Below, piece after piece: positions 38,826-48,802 of a DNA stretch of 64,000 nt. A program made the position numbers and the translations under genes. Under the pieces are notes generated by a model. That model had not been told where the DNA came from and made no database searches. It saw nothing but the letters and a program-made list of their open reading frames with translations. Position 1 is the first letter of the stretch. Each line of letters begins with the position of its first letter. The stretch covers positions 19,450 to 83,449 of IMG/VR virus record IMGVR_UViG_3300009551_000045, one strand, 5' to 3'. The DNA comes from a virus. Lineage: Duplodnaviria; Heunggongvirae; Uroviricota; Caudoviricetes.

Positions 38826-39463
38826 TATTCTTGAAATTTAAATGAATCTGCTCTTTCTAACCATGTATCTAAAAATTGTTTTAAAATAGGTTTGGATTCT
38901 GCTAATGATATATAAAAATTTATTCTATCTGTTTTTAAAGATGTAAATAGACTTAATTGGTCGCTTCCATTGATAGCAGCTAATGTTGCTGGTCCTACTT
39001 TACCATCAGGATTTAATTTTAATATCTTTTGAACATGTTTTGCTGGAACTGAAAGTCCTGCATTTATTCCCCAATCGGCAAGATATTCTGCGATTGTTTG
39101 ATTTTTAATATAATCACACTTTAAAGGATCCCATTGAGAAGATTTATAAAAATTAAATACTTTAGTCTCTAATTCAGGAATAGAACGAAGATGTGTATTC
39201 ATGAATTTACATAAGTATAAATAAAATTTATTCCTACCATCTTTATCGTCTGAATAATCTTCTTTTTTGGGACATTCAGGTAATGCTTTTATTTGATCAA
39301 TGAAATACCATCCAGACCAATTAGGATAATTATTTCTAGATATACCTTTCCAAGTTTCACCACCAGAATCTCCTTCCTTATCTGCATATCCCCCTTCGTT
39401 TTGTTCGAGAATAGGGTAGAATAATTCAAATTTTGCCATAAATAATTTTTTATAAAGTAACAA
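38825..39463 (-). CDS. endolysin: GH108-type lysozyme with a C-terminal PG_binding_3-like domain
   Basis: ILEQNEGGYADKEGDSGGETWKGIS matches the GH108 signature EGGYvnDp.D.GG.T..GI. C-terminal LNPDGKVGPATLAAI matches the peptidoglycan-binding motif. Confidence 0.75.
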   Translation of the reverse strand: MLLYKKLFMAKFELFYPILEQNEGGYADKEGDSGGETWKGISRNNYPNWSGWYFIDQIKALPECPKKEDYSDDKDGRNKFYLYLCKFMNTHLRSIPELETKVFNFYKSSQWDPLKCDYIKNQTIAEYLADWGINAGLSVPAKHVQKILKLNPDGKVGPATLAAINGSDQLSLFTSLKTDRINFYISLAESKPILKQFLDTWLERADSFKFQE

Positions 39464-41342
39464 CTCTTCCGTATATATCCTTATCAGGATATCTAATTTC
39501 GAATATCATAGGATCTCTGGATGGATATATAACACCATTTTTTGTAGCTCCTGTAATATCGTATGAGTAAGGAGAATAATTTATTCCGGTATCATCAACA
39601 ATATTCTGAAATGATATATTTTTTACCGTTTCAACACCTTTAACTTGAGATAATAATACATATAGATCAGATATTATAATGGGTTGATTTATTTGCCACG
39701 ATTTTATATTAAAATAATCTTCTACAGAACCAACCGCAAGTGTTAATACTTCTTTTGGATTAAATCCTGGTAATATTACTATATCAAACAGAAGTTTCAA
39801 ATTTATATAAAATGCATTTTTTATAGTAATAGCATCTGTTTTCATTCTGAATGGAGTGATATATCTTTTTAAATTCTCTTTCAAAGCCATATTAGTCTGT
39901 ACTATCTTACCATTATTATCATATCCAAGAACATACATACTTAATGCTAGAGGATTATTGTTAATAAAATCACTTGTATTAACTTGACTATTTAATATTT
40001 GATCTTGAACTACATACACTTTCGCTAATGTTCCAAATTGAGGAGAAAGGCTTAAAGCTCGAACAACATAATCTTCTGCAGTGACGCATCTCAATTGTGT
40101 TGCGAACGCTGCTTGAGAGTTATTTCTTAAATCTTGTACTGAATCACCATCTCCACCTCCTTGTGATCCTGATGGATTATTAAAAGCTACTGATTGCTTT
40201 ATTACATCAAGTAAATTTTGATTCAATATGGTTGTATCAAAAGTTGCTGGATTTACATTTATACTAGTTATACTAGTAATATCATTTGCTGGAACATTTG
40301 ATACGACTCCACCACCCACCATATAATTAAATGTTAGAGTAGTATTTGCAGGAGCAAGTCCATAATCTTTGGTATAAAGAAAATTACTTGGATCAAAAGC
40401 TAAATTCATTTTAGATAATCCATTAATAATACCCATACCAACATTATCAGGATTTGGAATTATTTCTTCATCTGGTATCGATAATGTACCAGGTCCAAAT
40501 TCTATTTCCAGAGTACTATCTTCTCTAAATCTAGTAACGAATCTTCTTGGAACTTTTTTAAGATCCAACATGAAAGGAACCGTATCACTAAATTGTGAAA
40601 AGTTAGGATCATTTAATTGTGTGTTTGGAACAGCATTAAATATAGTAGCTTGAGCTAAATAAGGAACTTCATACCACGTATTACCATCACTATCAGTTAC
40701 ATTTAAAATTTGTATAATATTATTGTCATTTATTTTTACTATAGAGTATTTAATAGGAGATCCAAAATCGAATGAAATGTTTTTCAATGTTCCAGCTATA
40801 GCATTTACTGTTTTCTTCATTATATAATACTCAGGTAGATTTGTGTTTGGATCTATCTGATACACATTAATAGTAGTAGGATCATAAGATGAAGAAAAAG
40901 AAAAATTGACAATTGAATCTGTCACAAAACTTATAGATGGATTAGAAACAGACTGTATAGTAGCACCTTTGTCTATTATTAATGCATAATTAAAATCAGG
41001 CTCCGCTAATCCAGTTAATGCAGGTATGATTTGATATACGTCCAATTTTACAGTTGATGTGGCTGTTACTTTAGGAGTATAACCAAATTGATATGCCAAT
41101 GCAAGAAGATTCTCCTTTTGTTGAGCATATTGGATAAATCCTTCTTGGAAATTATTATCTTGGTAAAAAGATAAAATATCACCAACAAAAGCAGCCATTT
41201 CCATAAACATAGTAGCTGGATCATTATCCGTAAAATCATTAAATGTATTTGGAAAATATGTCCTGGCATAATCTTGAAGAGCTTGTTTAAAGTCATCAAA
41301 ATTTCTATTCAAATATTTTATATCTCTCTGCTGATTAGCCAT
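39450..41342 (-). CDS. baseplate wedge protein (Baseplate_J / gp6-like)
   Basis: 630 aa; N-terminal DPATMFMEMAAFVGDILSFYQD...LLALAYQFGY fits the Baseplate_J pattern. It lies next to a gp25-like gene. Confidence 0.55.
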   Translation of the reverse strand: MANQQRDIKYLNRNFDDFKQALQDYARTYFPNTFNDFTDNDPATMFMEMAAFVGDILSFYQDNNFQEGFIQYAQQKENLLALAYQFGYTPKVTATSTVKLDVYQIIPALTGLAEPDFNYALIIDKGATIQSVSNPSISFVTDSIVNFSFSSSYDPTTINVYQIDPNTNLPEYYIMKKTVNAIAGTLKNISFDFGSPIKYSIVKINDNNIIQILNVTDSDGNTWYEVPYLAQATIFNAVPNTQLNDPNFSQFSDTVPFMLDLKKVPRRFVTRFREDSTLEIEFGPGTLSIPDEEIIPNPDNVGMGIINGLSKMNLAFDPSNFLYTKDYGLAPANTTLTFNYMVGGGVVSNVPANDITSITSINVNPATFDTTILNQNLLDVIKQSVAFNNPSGSQGGGDGDSVQDLRNNSQAAFATQLRCVTAEDYVVRALSLSPQFGTLAKVYVVQDQILNSQVNTSDFINNNPLALSMYVLGYDNNGKIVQTNMALKENLKRYITPFRMKTDAITIKNAFYINLKLLFDIVILPGFNPKEVLTLAVGSVEDYFNIKSWQINQPIIISDLYVLLSQVKGVETVKNISFQNIVDDTGINYSPYSYDITGATKNGVIYPSRDPMIFEIRYPDKDIYGRVVTL

Positions 41343-41746
41343 TATGGTGCAAATTGTATGTGAACATCATCTTGTTCGTTGTTTATACTATAACTTAATT
41401 CTATATCAATAATTTGATTATCCGGTTCAACATTAACTTCCAAATCTATAATTGTTATTTGTGGAAAATATACATTTAACTGTTCAGTTATGTATATGTT
41501 AAGTTGATCGAATTCTGGAACCTGTTCGAATAAAAATGAACGTAAATCACCACCGAAATTCGGATTCATTATTCGTTCACCTTTATTAGTGAGAAACCAA
41601 TTTATAAGATTGCTTTTAATTTGATCCTTTGTAGTATAAGTAGAACGGAAAACAGGTGTTCCGTTAAATGGAATAGCTATACCTACAGCAACATTTGGCT
41701 TGGTATCTATAGGGTTTATTCGTATCTGTTCTCTTAATCTTCTCAT
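41342..41746 (-). CDS. baseplate wedge protein gp25 / gpW-like
   Basis: 134 aa; GERIMNPNFGGDLRSFLFEQ matches the gpW/gp25 G.R...P.FG..L motif. Confidence 0.65.
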   Translation of the reverse strand: MRRLREQIRINPIDTKPNVAVGIAIPFNGTPVFRSTYTTKDQIKSNLINWFLTNKGERIMNPNFGGDLRSFLFEQVPEFDQLNIYITEQLNVYFPQITIIDLEVNVEPDNQIIDIELSYSINNEQDDVHIQFAP

Positions 41747-42243
41747 TTACGTGTCATAGTCATAGGAAAATCTGGCATATTTGGTGGAGTATAATCATCT
41801 TCTGCTTCTATATACGAATTGTCTTCCGATTCACTCCATTCCGGATCTTCTTCGCCAATGCCAAGATCTTGCATATCATTTACATTCATTTGATTGGCCG
41901 TTTCAACCAATATATCTTTAACAACTGATGGAGCGCCTGCTGGAATTGTATTCGCAACATGAGCTGCTAATGCTGTCCTTGGAGGTATTTTATTAGATCT
42001 ACTAAATACTTCTCCCAGACGTGACTTGGTTGTTTCTGTCAAAGGTTCTTTCTCTGCAGAAGAACTTTTAGACTTTTTAATCTGATGAGCTATAAGAAGT
42101 TTTACTTCTTTCAGATCTTTAGAAGAACTTTTTTTCATTGATTCCAACTCCTCTTTTATAAGTTTTGGAAGTTCTTCCTTCAAAACATTACGAAATGTTT
42201 CTTTAATCATTTCTTTAAATAAGACTAATTCATTATTATTCAT
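41743..42243 (-). CDS. hypothetical baseplate-module protein
   Basis: 166 aa. Confidence 0.4.
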   Translation of the reverse strand: MNNNELVLFKEMIKETFRNVLKEELPKLIKEELESMKKSSSKDLKEVKLLIAHQIKKSKSSSAEKEPLTETTKSRLGEVFSRSNKIPPRTALAAHVANTIPAGAPSVVKDILVETANQMNVNDMQDLGIGEEDPEWSESEDNSYIEAEDDYTPPNMPDFPMTMTRK

Positions 42244-42274
42244 AGTATATATAAATATTGTAAATAAAAAATTG

Positions 42275-43222
42275 TTAACTATTAAGAATAGATTTTAATT
42301 CATCCATTAATTGATCAGGAGTTTTAATATAACTTGGAGCTGTTTGTACAGCTAATATGCCAGATATCTTATCTATTGCCTTACCTATCAATTGTTTAGA
42401 TCCATATTGATCTACAATTAGAATATAAACCTTACCATTGCTCCCTGTATATATATTAGATTGATTATCAACATTTGTATCGCTATTTTGATTTAATAAA
42501 TTTTGAGATATATTCGACAATGCCTGATCAGAAGTTATATTATTTCCTCGAAAAGCATTATCATGGATATTGATAGATACTTGTAAATTCATAAATCTAG
42601 ATAACATTTGGTTGAATTGCGTTTCGCTTTGAGATAATTGATTAAAAATTATTTTTGAATAAGTATTCAACATATCTCTCATAAAAATTATCTTAACCCC
42701 TTTTTTTAGAACGCTATATGTAGCCTTCGTAATTGGATTAATTGTGAGTATTGCTTCCTGGGCAGTTAACAATCCTTGTAAAATATTAACCGTATTTGTT
42801 ATAGCTTGAAGAGTACCTATCGTAGATTGAAGTATATTTAAAGTATTTTTAATAGAAGAAATCTGCCCTTCTATCTTTGCTTTTTTTACTTCTGCTTTCT
42901 TCCCATCAGCTTCATTAACAGTGATAACTATATTGTTATTTACTATTTGAACCGTAGTTGTATTGTCCGAAGAAGATTCTATTTGATTTACTAAATCATT
43001 TATCTTCTTTTCAGTAAGTACGGTTGTATTGGATATTTTAGCTAATGTTTTATTTAAAACGGATGCTATTGGATCTCCAACAGCAGACGAAACAGTACTT
43101 GATAAGTTATTAGAGAATGACACCGGTTCAGATAAAGAAGATATACTATTTTTATTTGCATTTATAGTATTGCTAATACTCTGAACATTTTGTATTGATA
43201 TGGAAGCTTTCTCTAAAGACAT
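42275..43222 (-). CDS. hypothetical baseplate/tail protein (Ser/Asn/Thr-rich, predicted coiled coil)
   Basis: 315 aa. Confidence 0.45.
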   Translation of the reverse strand: MSLEKASISIQNVQSISNTINANKNSISSLSEPVSFSNNLSSTVSSAVGDPIASVLNKTLAKISNTTVLTEKKINDLVNQIESSSDNTTTVQIVNNNIVITVNEADGKKAEVKKAKIEGQISSIKNTLNILQSTIGTLQAITNTVNILQGLLTAQEAILTINPITKATYSVLKKGVKIIFMRDMLNTYSKIIFNQLSQSETQFNQMLSRFMNLQVSINIHDNAFRGNNITSDQALSNISQNLLNQNSDTNVDNQSNIYTGSNGKVYILIVDQYGSKQLIGKAIDKISGILAVQTAPSYIKTPDQLMDELKSILNS

Positions 43223-43644
43223 TATGAAGTAAAAGTTATTTTTGAATTTATTTTATCTAATAAAGATCTAATATTGGATATTTCACCCAGAAGTTTCGTT
43301 CCTGCTGCATTTATACTTGGTTGACTAACCGTCCCGACACCTACTCCTATAGCGGAGGACAGATCTGTAGCTAAATTTTGCAAAGCATTTAACAATTGTT
43401 CTTGCATATTTTTTAATTCATTTCCTTTTGGAACCGGTTGAAGATTCTTTATCCCTAACTGTATTATAGGAGAATTTAGTAAAAAAGAAGAATCAGTGTT
43501 AATATGAACTTCTCCTTTTACGGATATTGCCAAATCTTTTTTTGCAGTTATAAATACATTATCTTCCTTGGCATTAAAGATTAACCGATCCGAAGTAACT
43601 ATAACTTGATTTTTATTATATGATCTAATCGGTATAAAGCTCAT
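43222..43644 (-). CDS. hypothetical baseplate-module protein
   Basis: 140 aa; ATG/stop overlap. Confidence 0.45.
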   Translation of the reverse strand: MSFIPIRSYNKNQVIVTSDRLIFNAKEDNVFITAKKDLAISVKGEVHINTDSSFLLNSPIIQLGIKNLQPVPKGNELKNMQEQLLNALQNLATDLSSAIGVGVGTVSQPSINAAGTKLLGEISNIRSLLDKINSKITFTS

Positions 43645-45389
43645 TGATATTTGGATAAAATCTGTTTATAATAGGTATACAATGTTTCGAACGTAAACCT
43701 TCCAGATTGGCCATAAAGACCTTTTGGATCATTTAATATTGGAAGAGAAGCCCATTGGGAAGCCATCATATTTATCACCTGTTTAAATGAATTAAAATCG
43801 GTATCGATTTTTGTAATTAAAACTGATGGAACATTAGCACTATTTAATATATTCTTCCATCCTGCATAATCTTGATTAAATTTATTCATAGTAGCTCCAT
43901 TTCCCATAATAAGATTCCATGTATTTATAATAAATTGATACCTTCCAGCAGCTGATGAAAAAACTTTATATTCAGGGATATATATTTTTATATTTGGATG
44001 TGGTGGATTTGCTATAGCACTATCATAACCCGGAATTAAATTACCACCGACGATAAGATCATAACCATTGAATTTTCCTTGACCTATAGTACCTTCCGTT
44101 AAAGCCAAAAGATCCAATAACGCTTTACCATTTTTTGATATTGTTGGAACATTTGAAACCTGTCCAGCAAAAGAATTTATAGCATTTACAAAACTTGTTT
44201 TTACCACCGGAGCTTTTGCAATAACGTTTGTGTTTGAGCTATTATTAACAGATGTAATGAATACGTATTTGGTATTGAATTTATTTAAAATAACTCCCTG
44301 TGTCAAAGGAATAGGAATATCTTCTCCTATTTGTACAAAATTTAAATCGTCTTCATTATCAGGTATAGATCCTAGATCATTAGATGTCGTAATAGAAGAA
44401 CCTTGAAGGCTACTTTGAGAAACAGGTAATATTAGCGATTCAGAAGGAATTATATTATCTGCATGTAACGCTGATTGAGTTACAGACTGTGAAGTTTTTT
44501 TCTGTTGAACAATTTGCTGTTTAACGGAAGAATTATCATTATTTTGATGATATGAATCAAAATTATTTGATGCTAATTCTAATGTAATAGTTTGGTCACT
44601 TAATATATAAAATGAAGAACCATCTTTATTTATGTCTTCAAAAATAGAATCAGCTTTTATGTTATTATTAGGATTATTTCTAACAATAATAGAAGGTGAA
44701 CCGACAGATGATCCCTTCCATGATAAATTTTTAGAAATATCATTTGATGGAGTTCCACCTAAACGAATAGAATTACCAAATCTACCTTCTATCTTATGAT
44801 CTCCTTCCAGAGGTAAAAGAGACTTTATTCCTTTCTCTGTAAAATAATGTCCTAATTTTATAGTATCATTTGATGATATAGTATTTGATATCGGTAATAT
44901 ACCATTTGAAGAATTTTGATAAGATGATAACTTATTTTGAGAACTGTTTGGATTATTTAAATTATTAATCGTATTCTCATCCGGGGCCGCATTATGCTCT
45001 ATGGCAGCATATAAACTAATTGGATCAAAATAATAAAATGTTTCAGAATATTGAGAACTCAATTGCTGAACAGAATATTTAGGAGCTACTATCAACGGAA
45101 CAATCTCGTTAATTAACGGTGTCCTTACAGAAGGACTTGATTTATATGCTATCAAATAAGTTTTTTGAATATCTCCACTTTTATCAACATTACTTCTATC
45201 CTGTACAGGTTCAAATTCAATTAGTTCCAGAGCCTTATATTTGACATATAGAGGATGATCGACAGACAACGATATATTAACTACTCTTCCATAAATAAAC
45301 GAATTATTAGCCTTAAAATCACTTGTGGAGTGTTTTACAGGATTAAGAAGTGCTTTAGACCCATCTGCAATATAAGTTTCCCTGGGCAT
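43641..45389 (-). CDS. tail/baseplate spike protein with a C-terminal lambda-R-like lytic transglycosylase (GH104) domain
   Basis: LLDLLALTEGT...GYDLIVGGNLIPGYD...PHP...AAGRYQFI...QWASLP...GLYGQ aligns motif-for-motif with lambda R (FLDMLAWSEGT...GYDVIVGG...DHP...GAGRYQLL...IWASLPGAGYGQ). Confidence 0.7.
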   Translation of the reverse strand: MPRETYIADGSKALLNPVKHSTSDFKANNSFIYGRVVNISLSVDHPLYVKYKALELIEFEPVQDRSNVDKSGDIQKTYLIAYKSSPSVRTPLINEIVPLIVAPKYSVQQLSSQYSETFYYFDPISLYAAIEHNAAPDENTINNLNNPNSSQNKLSSYQNSSNGILPISNTISSNDTIKLGHYFTEKGIKSLLPLEGDHKIEGRFGNSIRLGGTPSNDISKNLSWKGSSVGSPSIIVRNNPNNNIKADSIFEDINKDGSSFYILSDQTITLELASNNFDSYHQNNDNSSVKQQIVQQKKTSQSVTQSALHADNIIPSESLILPVSQSSLQGSSITTSNDLGSIPDNEDDLNFVQIGEDIPIPLTQGVILNKFNTKYVFITSVNNSSNTNVIAKAPVVKTSFVNAINSFAGQVSNVPTISKNGKALLDLLALTEGTIGQGKFNGYDLIVGGNLIPGYDSAIANPPHPNIKIYIPEYKVFSSAAGRYQFIINTWNLIMGNGATMNKFNQDYAGWKNILNSANVPSVLITKIDTDFNSFKQVINMMASQWASLPILNDPKGLYGQSGRFTFETLYTYYKQILSKYQ

Positions 45390-45754
45390 TATGCTTTAGC
45401 AGTTGGATTTTTTACTTCTTTATAAAATTCATTTAAACTAGCTACCATTGCATCACGTTCCTCTTTTGTCATTTCCTTATCATCACCTTCAGCAGCAGCT
45501 GATCTCTGTGCAGCTTTTTGTACAATTTGAAGCATCTTAATGATATGCTCATTGTTTTTGACGCTGATATCCAGATAGGAAGAAATAAGTGGCACAAGTT
45601 GCAAGGCATCACCTATATTTTTGATAAGTTCCTTAAGTTGATCGATTAAGGAAGTAATATCTTTATCTTTCTTCTTAGTTGTATCATATACCTCCTTAAA
45701 TAGGGAAGACATCGTTTTTTTATCAAAAACAACAATTTGATCGAATTCTGCCAT
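45389..45754 (-). CDS. hypothetical protein
   Basis: 121 aa; TATAAATA box about 10 nt upstream on the minus strand. Confidence 0.45.
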   Translation of the reverse strand: MAEFDQIVVFDKKTMSSLFKEVYDTTKKKDKDITSLIDQLKELIKNIGDALQLVPLISSYLDISVKNNEHIIKMLQIVQKAAQRSAAAEGDDKEMTKEERDAMVASLNEFYKEVKNPTAKA

Positions 45755-45765
45755 AAGACATTTAT

Positions 45766-46527
45766 TTATATATAAATATCTCCTGTCAAATAATATTCGT
45801 TCATTAATTTTCTACGGAGCTCTTTTAATTCCTTGATAACCTTAGTAATTTGCGGAGCAGTAGCACCAGACATCTCTTTGAGATAAAGATAAGAAGCCTG
45901 TTTATTGATAGTTTTCAGATGTTCTCTTCTTTTAAATAGTACAAGTACTGAATTACAAATTTTTCTATCAATTTCTTTTTCAAACAGTTTAGATACATTT
46001 TTTTCTATGTAAAGAATGTATTTATCTAAAAATTCCATTTTTTCTTCCTCAGCTCCTTCGTTCACTATATTAGTGAACACAGTTTTATCTTCATCAACTT
46101 CAGATAGATCGGTATGTAATTTTTGTCGTTGATAATTCTGTTCGTTATAAGTTATAAGCCATCTTTTGGCAATAGTCCCAAAATAAGAATAAGCTCTACC
46201 TTTAATACTGTCATAAAGATGAAGCTTCTGTAATAAAAATGATGTTACTTCTGTAATTAACTGATTGACATTATCTACTTCTGTATAGTAGAATTTAAAG
46301 GTGTGAATTATATTCTCAACAAGCTTATAAAAGCTGAAATTTATACTTTCATTGTATATTTCATTACGTCTTCTCTGATCAGTTTCTTTCAAAAATGCTA
46401 CGATAGCATCTTCTGTATCCTGGGTAAAATAATTTCTAGATTGTTTTCTTTTTCTCTTACGTAGTTTTCCAGACTTCGTATAAATGTTTAAATCTAATGC
46501 AGGTTTTTCCTTCTTTGGCCTTGGCAT
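45766..46527 (-). CDS. possible late-transcription sigma-like factor
   Basis: AYSYFGTIAKRWLITYNE resembles sigma region 2.2 / T4 gp55; basic N-terminus. Confidence 0.3.
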   Translation of the reverse strand: MPRPKKEKPALDLNIYTKSGKLRKRKRKQSRNYFTQDTEDAIVAFLKETDQRRRNEIYNESINFSFYKLVENIIHTFKFYYTEVDNVNQLITEVTSFLLQKLHLYDSIKGRAYSYFGTIAKRWLITYNEQNYQRQKLHTDLSEVDEDKTVFTNIVNEGAEEEKMEFLDKYILYIEKNVSKLFEKEIDRKICNSVLVLFKRREHLKTINKQASYLYLKEMSGATAPQITKVIKELKELRRKLMNEYYLTGDIYI

Positions 46528-46587
46528 AAATCATCGGGAATTGGATTAAATTAAATCTTGTGGAACATAACCTTTATTTTATAATTT

Positions 46588-47064
46588 TTATTTTGTATTT
46601 AAAAGCTCTTGAACTTTTTCGTAAGGAATATAATTCTCCTTTGGAATAGGCTTGCCATCTGGTCCTATTATAGTATCCTTATTAGCAGCTTGTGATTTTA
46701 TGATAGATGCAGTGAAATCAAATTCATTTAACGTATTTTGAATCTCTTGTAGATTTTTAAAGAAGAATCCTACTTCATCATCAGATTTGAAAGATCCTTT
46801 AGAATCTATCTGTTTTAATCGAATATCTGAAATATGAATAATTTCATTTAATTGGATGAAATACTTTTGATAAGCTTCGATATAAGATTCATATTCTTTA
46901 ACGATATTCTGAGCATTCGAAATTTGATTATTGAATAATACTTCCAGTTCTTTTAACTGGAATTCATGTTTGACTTCAATAACAGAATTTTTATGATAAA
47001 ATAATCCTGCCACAATAAAAGCTAAAACCGTTGCTATCGAAAGAATAATTTCTATAGTTGTCAT
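46588..47064 (-). CDS. membrane-anchored coiled-coil protein
   Basis: 158 aa with an N-terminal TM helix. Confidence 0.4.
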   Translation of the reverse strand: MTTIEIILSIATVLAFIVAGLFYHKNSVIEVKHEFQLKELEVLFNNQISNAQNIVKEYESYIEAYQKYFIQLNEIIHISDIRLKQIDSKGSFKSDDEVGFFFKNLQEIQNTLNEFDFTASIIKSQAANKDTIIGPDGKPIPKENYIPYEKVQELLNTK

Positions 47065-47849
47065 ATGGAACTTAGTAGTGATGAATATTTTTTATTAGAA
47101 GATTTTACCGGATTAGGTGAAGGAGGAGGCAATGTATTTTCTATTTTCGTAGAAGGTTTACCCATCATTTTTTCTCTACTGGATACCGTATTTTTTCCTG
47201 AAATGACTTTTGCTGCAGGTTTTGCAATTGTATCATGTTCAATCCTGGTAGCCAATAAATCAGCTTGGTGAATGATATAAGGAAGATTACTGCGAAGTCT
47301 ATATTCTTCACTATAAGCTATATAATAGCCTTTATTTCCTTCTTCGTAAAGACCATCATGAAGTTTTATACCTAAATATTCATTTTGAGTAAGAGATATA
47401 CCTAATTGCTGCAATAGAAATAGAGATCTTTCAGAAGTCTTCATGAAATCTATATCAGGATTATGCTTATAAACTTGACCTTTTTTTATCCAATAATCTT
47501 CATTCTCTTGAAGATATTCTTCATGTTCAAGAGTACCAAATTTACCAAGATCATGATTTAACGCGACGAAAATAAGTTCTTCATCGGTAAAGTCTTGAAT
47601 AGCTCCAGATTCTTTCCATAACTTAGAAATTTTCATAGAAAGGAGAATTACACGAAGAACATGATCTACATAACCACCTGCAAATGCATTATGATATGAT
47701 GTCTTTCCAGATGCAGGCATCAGTGCAATACGATCAGCATATTGATCATAAAATGATAGAAGTTTTTCTCCTCTTTCACCAGATATACCTGTTTTTATAA
47801 GTTCTAAAAATTTTTCCCAATTATGAGTAATTTGTTCGGCTGATAACAT
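47061..47849 (-). CDS. HD-domain phosphohydrolase
   Basis: H...HD motif (VDHVLRV...ALNHDLGK). Confidence 0.6.
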   Translation of the reverse strand: MLSAEQITHNWEKFLELIKTGISGERGEKLLSFYDQYADRIALMPASGKTSYHNAFAGGYVDHVLRVILLSMKISKLWKESGAIQDFTDEELIFVALNHDLGKFGTLEHEEYLQENEDYWIKKGQVYKHNPDIDFMKTSERSLFLLQQLGISLTQNEYLGIKLHDGLYEEGNKGYYIAYSEEYRLRSNLPYIIHQADLLATRIEHDTIAKPAAKVISGKNTVSSREKMMGKPSTKIENTLPPPSPNPVKSSNKKYSSLLSSI

Positions 47850-47852
47850 GAA

Positions 47853-48050
47853 TTAAATGATTTGATCGTTTTTGAAAGATTCCGGTTCCAGATCGACAAG
47901 ATCCTGGGCTTTCTCCAGGATCTCATAACATTTTGAGAAAGAGGAAAGAATGTCATCGAAGGAACCTCCAGACGTTACGTGATACTTTGTATTAGTAATA
48001 CTAGCTCTAAGATTATCTAATAGATAACTTACATTTTTCTTGTATTTCAT
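47853..48050 (-). CDS. hypothetical small protein
   Basis: 65 aa. Confidence 0.35.
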   Translation of the reverse strand: MKYKKNVSYLLDNLRASITNTKYHVTSGGSFDDILSSFSKCYEILEKAQDLVDLEPESFKNDQII

Positions 48051-48183
48051 AGAGTATTAAATTTATTTAAATATTATTAATAAAATATATTACTTTATAG
48101 TTATTATAACATAATCTATTTAGTATTAATATATTATAAGTATATATAAGTAATGTACTTTATTAGTTAGGTCCAGTGGCTAT

Positions 48184-48205
48184 GACCGGTCCCCGGTCCT
48201 TTTTG
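48184..48205 (+). terminator. hairpin plus T-run in the strand-switch region
   Basis: gaccgg-tcc-ccggtc followed by cttttt. Confidence 0.3.
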
Positions 48206-48217
48206 CCCCGTGAGACT

Positions 48218-48240
48218 CTGCAAAGATACGGAAAATATAT
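48218..48240. promoter_or_regulatory. repeated GCAAAGATACG(G)AAA(A)TATAT element, copy 1
   Basis: The complement reads cgTAtcTTTGc, fitting the Bacteroidetes -7 consensus TAnnTTTG. Confidence 0.35.
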
Positions 48241-48259
48241 ATACAAACCAAATTTATTT

Positions 48260-48730
48260 TCATAAATTTTCAAATTTATATTTTGAACCTATAGTTTCTA
48301 TTATATCTATCGCAGTATCAATGTCTAATTTAAATCCCTCTCGAGCCTCATTTATTCTTGATCCGATACCTTCCAGGTATCTATGGATCTCTTGTTCTAA
48401 CATATATCCATTGCAGCATTTGTATCCAAATACAGGAAACCAAGGCGTTATCACACCTGTAGCAGCATTGATCTCAGTAACTCTTTGATGAATAGAAGTA
48501 GTAGTGAATCCTATCTTCAATATACCAGGAATATGTTTATTAGTAAGAACATAAATCCATTCAGGTCTTTTATTAGATCCTACAATATCTCGGAGAGATT
48601 CACCATAATATTCGACGGTATCAAATCCGTCATCTCCAGGTGTGAGTGTAAAAGCAATAGCTCTTTTAGTATCCCATAAATCAAGTTTATGATACTTTGC
48701 AGCCTCTTCCAGGCTTAGTCTTTTAAGCAT
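48260..48730 (-). CDS. T5orf172 / GIY-YIG-superfamily nuclease-domain protein
   Basis: WIYVLTNKHIPGILKIGFTTTSIHQRVTEIN...YMLEQEIHRYLE pattern. Confidence 0.55.
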   Translation of the reverse strand: MLKRLSLEEAAKYHKLDLWDTKRAIAFTLTPGDDGFDTVEYYGESLRDIVGSNKRPEWIYVLTNKHIPGILKIGFTTTSIHQRVTEINAATGVITPWFPVFGYKCCNGYMLEQEIHRYLEGIGSRINEAREGFKLDIDTAIDIIETIGSKYKFENL

Positions 48731-48747
48731 AGGTACTGAATTTATCT

Positions 48748-48768
48748 TAGCAAAGATACGAAATATAT
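48748..48768. promoter_or_regulatory. repeat element copy 2; likely -7 promoter box for the minus-strand gene starting at 48730
   Basis: tagcaaagatacgaaatatat; its complement contains TAtcTTTG, 20 nt upstream of the ATG. Confidence 0.4.
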
Positions 48769-48788
48769 TTGGTAATTTAAGATAAAGT

Positions 48789-48802
48789 ATATATCTTTGC
48801 AG
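48789..48802 (+). promoter_or_regulatory. inverted copy 3; -7-like box for the plus-strand gene at 48813
   Basis: tatatctttgcag, with TAtcTTTG about 12 nt before the ATG. Confidence 0.4.
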
